From assembly GCA_963708075.1 (NCBI GenBank), contig OY970194.1, forward strand, positions 1,216,001 through 1,280,000: a stretch of 64,000 nucleotides of DNA. The letters run 5' to 3'. The stretch is from Sedimentisphaerales bacterium. GTDB taxonomy: Bacteria > Planctomycetota > Phycisphaerae > Sedimentisphaerales > Anaerobacaceae. The translations under genes were made by a program, and so were the position numbers. The notes beneath the pieces were generated by a model. The model did no database searches, was not told the DNA's origin, and worked only from the letters and a program-made list of their open reading frames with translations. This document shows positions 59,850 to 64,000 of the stretch, one piece after another (positions within the stretch are counted from its first letter, which is position 1; each line of letters opens with the position of its first letter).

Positions 59850-60905
59850 ATGGGCAATTTGCAGGGCCATACAGCCGCACAAGGCAGCCGGGCTAAGGCC
59901 GCTGACCAAATGGCCGTGCTGTTTACCTGCATTGGCAGGCGAGTGTCGCTTCTGCGCAGCTTCCAGGACGCGGCGAAGAAGCTCAAGCAGAAGGTCTCCT
60001 TCTGCGGCACCGATACGAACCACCTGAGCCCTGCCTTGCAGCTCTGCGACAAGGCCTTTCTCGTTCAACCGATTACGCATGCCAGGTATATCGATCAGCT
60101 TCTGTCCATCGTCCGCAGGCACAAGGTCAAGTTGCTGGTCCCGACGGTGGATCTGGACCTGCGTTTGCTTGCCGACCACAAGCCGCAGTTCGAGCGTTTG
60201 GGTTGCCGCGTACTCGTCTCAGAGCCCGACGTGATCGACATCTGTCAGGACAAGAGACGGACGTTCGGGTTCCTTACGAAGCATGGCTTCGGTACGCCCG
60301 AGACGATGAGCGTCCGCATGGCTCTGGCGGCCGACCGTCGTGGGGAGCTTGCCTGGCCGTGCCTCCTGAAGCGATGGGATGGCTCTGCGGGCAAGGACAT
60401 CGCCGTTGTGAACAACAGGACCGAGATGCGGTTCTTCGCCCGCAGAATCCCCAATGCGATGTGCCAGGAACTCATCAAGGGGACGGAGTATACGTGCGAC
60501 GTGTACGTGGACTTCACCATGCGGGTCCGATGCGTTGTTCCCCGCCGGCGAATCGAGGTCCGCTCGGGCGAGGTGAGCAAGGGACAGGTCGTCAAGCACG
60601 GGGAGATCATGAGCCAGGCCAGGAGGCTGGCCGAGCTTCTGAAAGCCGGGCCGGGGGTAATCACGCTGCAACTGTTCGTCACGGAAAGCGGCCGGATTCG
60701 ATTCACGGAGATCAATCCCCGCTTCGGCGGCGGCGCACCACTGTCCATCCACGCCGGGGCCGATTTCCCCAAGTGGATCCTCCAGGAGTTGACCGGCGGC
60801 CGGCCTCGCATCGGGTTCGACGACTTCAAGGATGGCCTGATGATGCTGCGGTACGACGCCGAGGTCTGGCTTGAAGAGTCCCAGATCAAGGGCACGAGAG
60901 TCTGA
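59850..60905 (+). CDS. ATP-grasp protein (carbamoyl-phosphate synthase-like, polysaccharide-locus type)
   Basis: CQDK, QELIKGTEY, EINPRFGGG. Confidence 0.85.
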   Translation: MGNLQGHTAAQGSRAKAADQMAVLFTCIGRRVSLLRSFQDAAKKLKQKVSFCGTDTNHLSPALQLCDKAFLVQPITHARYIDQLLSIVRRHKVKLLVPTVDLDLRLLADHKPQFERLGCRVLVSEPDVIDICQDKRRTFGFLTKHGFGTPETMSVRMALAADRRGELAWPCLLKRWDGSAGKDIAVVNNRTEMRFFARRIPNAMCQELIKGTEYTCDVYVDFTMRVRCVVPRRRIEVRSGEVSKGQVVKHGEIMSQARRLAELLKAGPGVITLQLFVTESGRIRFTEINPRFGGGAPLSIHAGADFPKWILQELTGGRPRIGFDDFKDGLMMLRYDAEVWLEESQIKGTRV

Positions 60906-62059
60906 TGTTCGATTCCCTTATAGGTGAAGAAAGGCCGCTGCGCTGGGTACTCCAGTTTTGGCCCGTACTTGCGACGGCGTTCGTCAGCTCGCTGGCGGCC
61001 ACGGCCCTGTGCAAGAAAGTCGCGATTCGATTCGGGATCGTGGACAGGCCGGACAATACCGTCAAGACGCACAGGGAGCCGATCGCATATCTTGGCGGGG
61101 TGGGCATGCTCATCGGTCTGACGGTCGGTGTCCTCGCCGGCGTTTACCTGTTGCGTACCGACGACGCGTTTCCACAGGAGCTTCGCTGGCTGCTGGGCGT
61201 GCTCGCCGGTGCGGCCATTGCGTGTTTCGTCGGCCTGGCGGATGACATTCTGGACCTTCGCCCGCGGCATAAGATGCTCGGCCAAGTGCTCGCGGCGGTT
61301 CTTCTGCTCCTGGTCGGCATCAACCCCAATCTTCAACAAATCGCCAAACCGCTCGGCCTGCCCATGCCGGCGCAGGTCGAGATCGTTCTCGACGTGTTGA
61401 TCGTCACTTTCTTTGTTCTCGGCGCAACGAATTCGTTGAACCTGCTTGACGGGCTGGACGGCCTCTGTGCCGGCGTGACAGGCATCATCACTGTCGCCAT
61501 GCTTCTGCTGGCCACGCATCTGGCCACGTGGGGATTCAGTGACTTCGGTGACCCCGTGCGGATTGTCATCTGCCTGGGCCTTGTCGGCGGCGTGTGCGGC
61601 TTCCTGCCATTCAATCGCCACCCGGCCAAGATCTTCATGGGCGACGCCGGCAGCATGCTCCTGGGCTTCGTCGTCGCCGGCCTGATGATCCTGTTTGCGG
61701 AGAAGGTGCCTCGCTGGTGGCTGGCGTCGGTAGTCGTTTTCGGCCTGCCGATCCTCGACACAGGCACGGCCGTCGTCCGGCGGCTCTTGAATCATCGCCC
61801 GGTCTTCCTCTCCGACCGCGGACACATCTACGACCAGATGATCGACCGGGGAATCCCCCTGAAGAGGACCGTCGCCATCTGCTATGGGCTGGCGGGGCTG
61901 TACGCCATGATCGGCCTGGCCATGAGCCAGATCCGCACCCGCTATGCGGCCGTCGTCTACATCCTTGTCTTCCTCATCTCTGCCCTGGCCGTCTGGCAGA
62001 AAGGCTACCTCCGGATGGAGGGCCTGCGAGGAGTCGTTCCTGAGAAAGCGACTCTGTAG
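60905..62059 (+). CDS. WecA/TagO-like polyprenyl-phosphate GlcNAc-1-P transferase (MraY family)
   Basis: GLADD, NLLDGLDGL, PAKIFMGDAGS; many TMs. Confidence 0.9.
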   Translation: MFDSLIGEERPLRWVLQFWPVLATAFVSSLAATALCKKVAIRFGIVDRPDNTVKTHREPIAYLGGVGMLIGLTVGVLAGVYLLRTDDAFPQELRWLLGVLAGAAIACFVGLADDILDLRPRHKMLGQVLAAVLLLLVGINPNLQQIAKPLGLPMPAQVEIVLDVLIVTFFVLGATNSLNLLDGLDGLCAGVTGIITVAMLLLATHLATWGFSDFGDPVRIVICLGLVGGVCGFLPFNRHPAKIFMGDAGSMLLGFVVAGLMILFAEKVPRWWLASVVVFGLPILDTGTAVVRRLLNHRPVFLSDRGHIYDQMIDRGIPLKRTVAICYGLAGLYAMIGLAMSQIRTRYAAVVYILVFLISALAVWQKGYLRMEGLRGVVPEKATL

Positions 62060-62239
62060 GGTGTGCACCGCACACCGCTTCATAGTGAGGGCGTCCCACC
62101 CTTGTCTGCCGCTTATTGGTGTGCGATGCACACCCGACTGCCCCCAAACTGGGGGTAGCGGGTGCCATGCCCACGCTCGCGTGGGCATGCTTCATCGACA
62201 GGCCAAGGCATGCTTACGCAAAGCGTAAGCATGGCACCC
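62056..62239. repeat. Cluster of two REP-like inverted doublets
   Basis: GTAGGGTGTGCACCGCACACC (62056-62076) with inverted copy 62118-62138; GGGTGCCATGCCCACGCTCGCGTGGGCATG (62160-62189) with inverted variant 62209-62239. Confidence 0.75.
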
Positions 62240-62291
62240 AGGCGGAACACTCTATCGCGCCCACAACTTTAAGAGGGTCGCAGTACTACCA

Positions 62292-63239
62292 TTAGATCGT
62301 CACCGTCAGGTACTCGCTGTCGCGGATGAACTTCACGGCCCCTTCGAATGCAGCCGGAATCAGCACGCAGTCACCCGCTTTGCACTCGACCGGCTCCACG
62401 TCCATCGAGAGAATGACCCCTCCGCCGGTGATGAAGATCAGCACCCGCATCAGCCCACGGACGAGAAGCAACTCGCAGTTCCTGCACTGATGGCCCTTGT
62501 CGACCTTGAAGTACGGTGAATCGACCAGCCGGCCCACGGTCGTCACCGGCAGCTTGTCCGGCGTGATGTCGAAGCGGATGCTCTCCAGAGCCTCGTCGAT
62601 ATGTAGCGGCCTCGGACTGCCATGCTCGTCCACGCGATTCCAGTCGAAGACCCGGTACGTCGTATCGGATGGCGTCTGGACCTCCGCGATGAGTAGCCCG
62701 GCGGAAAGAGCGTGTACGGTCCCGGCCGGCAGGTAGTGACATTCGCCCACCTGCACGGGGACCCGCGCCAACAGGTCGGCTACTGACCCGTCCTCGATCG
62801 CCCGGGTGAACTGCTCCTTGGTGACGCCCTTCTTGAGCCCTTTATAGATGGCGGCCCCAGGCTCGGCATGGATGATGTACCAGCACTCGGTCTTGGGCTG
62901 GCCCGTGCCCATCCGCCGACAGGTCTGCGGGTCCGGATGCACTTGCACGCTGAGCACATCCTGGGCATCAAGAAACTTGATCAGCAGCGGAAATGCCGTC
63001 GGAAAATCCTTTGTCCCCGTAATCTCCTCGCGATACCGCGCAACCGCCTCACCCAGAGTCTGTCCCCGAAGCGGTCCATTGCCGATAGTCGATCTCCCCT
63101 CAACCAGATCAGCGATCTCCCAGCTCTCGCCGATCTTCTTTCCCGGTGGCAACTCCTTGCCGAACACGTCCCGGAGCCTCTGTCCGCCCCAGATCCGCTC
63201 CTTAAACACCGGCACCGATTTCAACGGATATACTCTCAT
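62292..63239 (-). CDS. manA: Mannose-6-phosphate isomerase, class I
   Basis: IWGG, GESWE, LSVQVHP, KTECWY, GTVHA, EVQ, YRVFDWNR. Confidence 0.9.
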   Translation of the reverse strand: MRVYPLKSVPVFKERIWGGQRLRDVFGKELPPGKKIGESWEIADLVEGRSTIGNGPLRGQTLGEAVARYREEITGTKDFPTAFPLLIKFLDAQDVLSVQVHPDPQTCRRMGTGQPKTECWYIIHAEPGAAIYKGLKKGVTKEQFTRAIEDGSVADLLARVPVQVGECHYLPAGTVHALSAGLLIAEVQTPSDTTYRVFDWNRVDEHGSPRPLHIDEALESIRFDITPDKLPVTTVGRLVDSPYFKVDKGHQCRNCELLLVRGLMRVLIFITGGGVILSMDVEPVECKAGDCVLIPAAFEGAVKFIRDSEYLTVTI

Positions 63240-63287
63240 CCCGCCCATTCTATCCAAGACCCCGCCCGCTGACAAACCCGCTTTGGC

Positions 63288-63998
63288 CTAGAAAGGTTCC
63301 TCTGAGATTTCTTTATGACGTGACTGCAACTGACGAATCTTCCCGTCTACTGCATTCACTAAGTCCTTGGCTGCTCCAATCACGGTCTCGACATCCCCCC
63401 GTGACAGAAACCTTTCTTTGCCGTCGGTTGTCTTCCCATTTCGATGCACGATGTCATGACGAATCCTGACCGCTTCATACAAGGCCCCAAGCTTATCAGG
63501 CCAATCCACCCCAAGCACAGTCTTGTAGAGTTGATGCGCCCTAGCCAGGTTGTGCCAGCTTATCTGAAGAAGGTATTCTCGCACGACTTTTTCAGGTGTT
63601 ACGTCTCCACGAACAAGATCCGTAAGTTCGACCTTTCTTGCCTTCAAATTCGGGTCCGTGACTGCTAATTTACACAGGAGAGTTCTATCGGCAAGGACCG
63701 TGACGATAAAAGCATCTGAGAGATATGCTTCCAGTGCTATTATTACACTCGCATAGAGGAGTCGGAGGAAGTATCCCTCCGATGCCGAAGGCGGATTGAT
63801 ATCGAGGAGTTGTTCGATTGTATCGAGGCTGTGCCCAAAGGCCTGGTAGAACTGGCTGGTTCTTATCGCTTCGGCCAGATAGTCATCCGACTGATCTTGG
63901 TCTGGGATTCCAGACCATTCGTAGCACGAATATTCATTGACAAGCTCCTGAGCGCACTCATCAATGACATCGTCATCTACGATGCCGCTGAATTCGTT
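63288..63998 (-). CDS. HEPN-domain protein (5' end outside the window)
   Basis: Frame open to window edge; LYASVIIALEAYLSD helix and RHDIVH (RxxxxH); visibly AT-richer. Confidence 0.7.
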   Translation of the reverse strand, partial: NEFSGIVDDDVIDECAQELVNEYSCYEWSGIPDQDQSDDYLAEAIRTSQFYQAFGHSLDTIEQLLDINPPSASEGYFLRLLYASVIIALEAYLSDAFIVTVLADRTLLCKLAVTDPNLKARKVELTDLVRGDVTPEKVVREYLLQISWHNLARAHQLYKTVLGVDWPDKLGALYEAVRIRHDIVHRNGKTTDGKERFLSRGDVETVIGAAKDLVNAVDGKIRQLQSRHKEISEEPF

Positions 63999-64000
63999 AG

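Noticed and set aside
62056..62239. CRISPR array
   Set aside because: Repeats are inverted pairs, not direct repeats with regular spacers; no cas genes

Overview
GC-rich bacterial chromosomal window, most consistent with an anaerobic planctomycete (Phycisphaerae-like; inferred from many WPxWRGP-type beta-propellers, a Tat sulfatase, ECF/anti-sigma pair, dockerin-like tails, PFOR). From left to right: two glycoside hydrolases, a Gfo/Idh/MocA oxidoreductase, ECF sigma/anti-sigma, sulfatase, an AT-richer DUF4926-DUF2971-like fusion, pyrB/pyrR/pyrC, a divergent S8 peptidase and a metallophosphoesterase, and nifJ (PFOR). Next comes the most striking feature, a tightly coupled 12-gene operon (22227-39076) of unknown function. 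It joins three membrane-anchored PQQ-like propellers, a Cys-motif GT4, a FtsX/MacB-type ABC transporter, an NHL propeller, NapG/NapH-like Fe-S proteins and a bifurcating-type NuoEF fusion whose partner subunit has no recognisable catalytic domain. Further right are a Cus-type metal efflux system, tRNA-Pro(GGG), a DtxR-regulated split-FeoB locus with visible operators, a NusG-paralog-led operon with a plant-type glucuronokinase, GalU and a UDP-uronate epimerase, WecA/ATP-grasp, ManA and a partial HEPN gene. Four single-site frameshifts in otherwise intact genes suggest assembly indels. Several REP-like palindromes are present. No CRISPR array, rRNA, integrase or transposase was seen. All family calls come from motif recognition by eye, not database searches.
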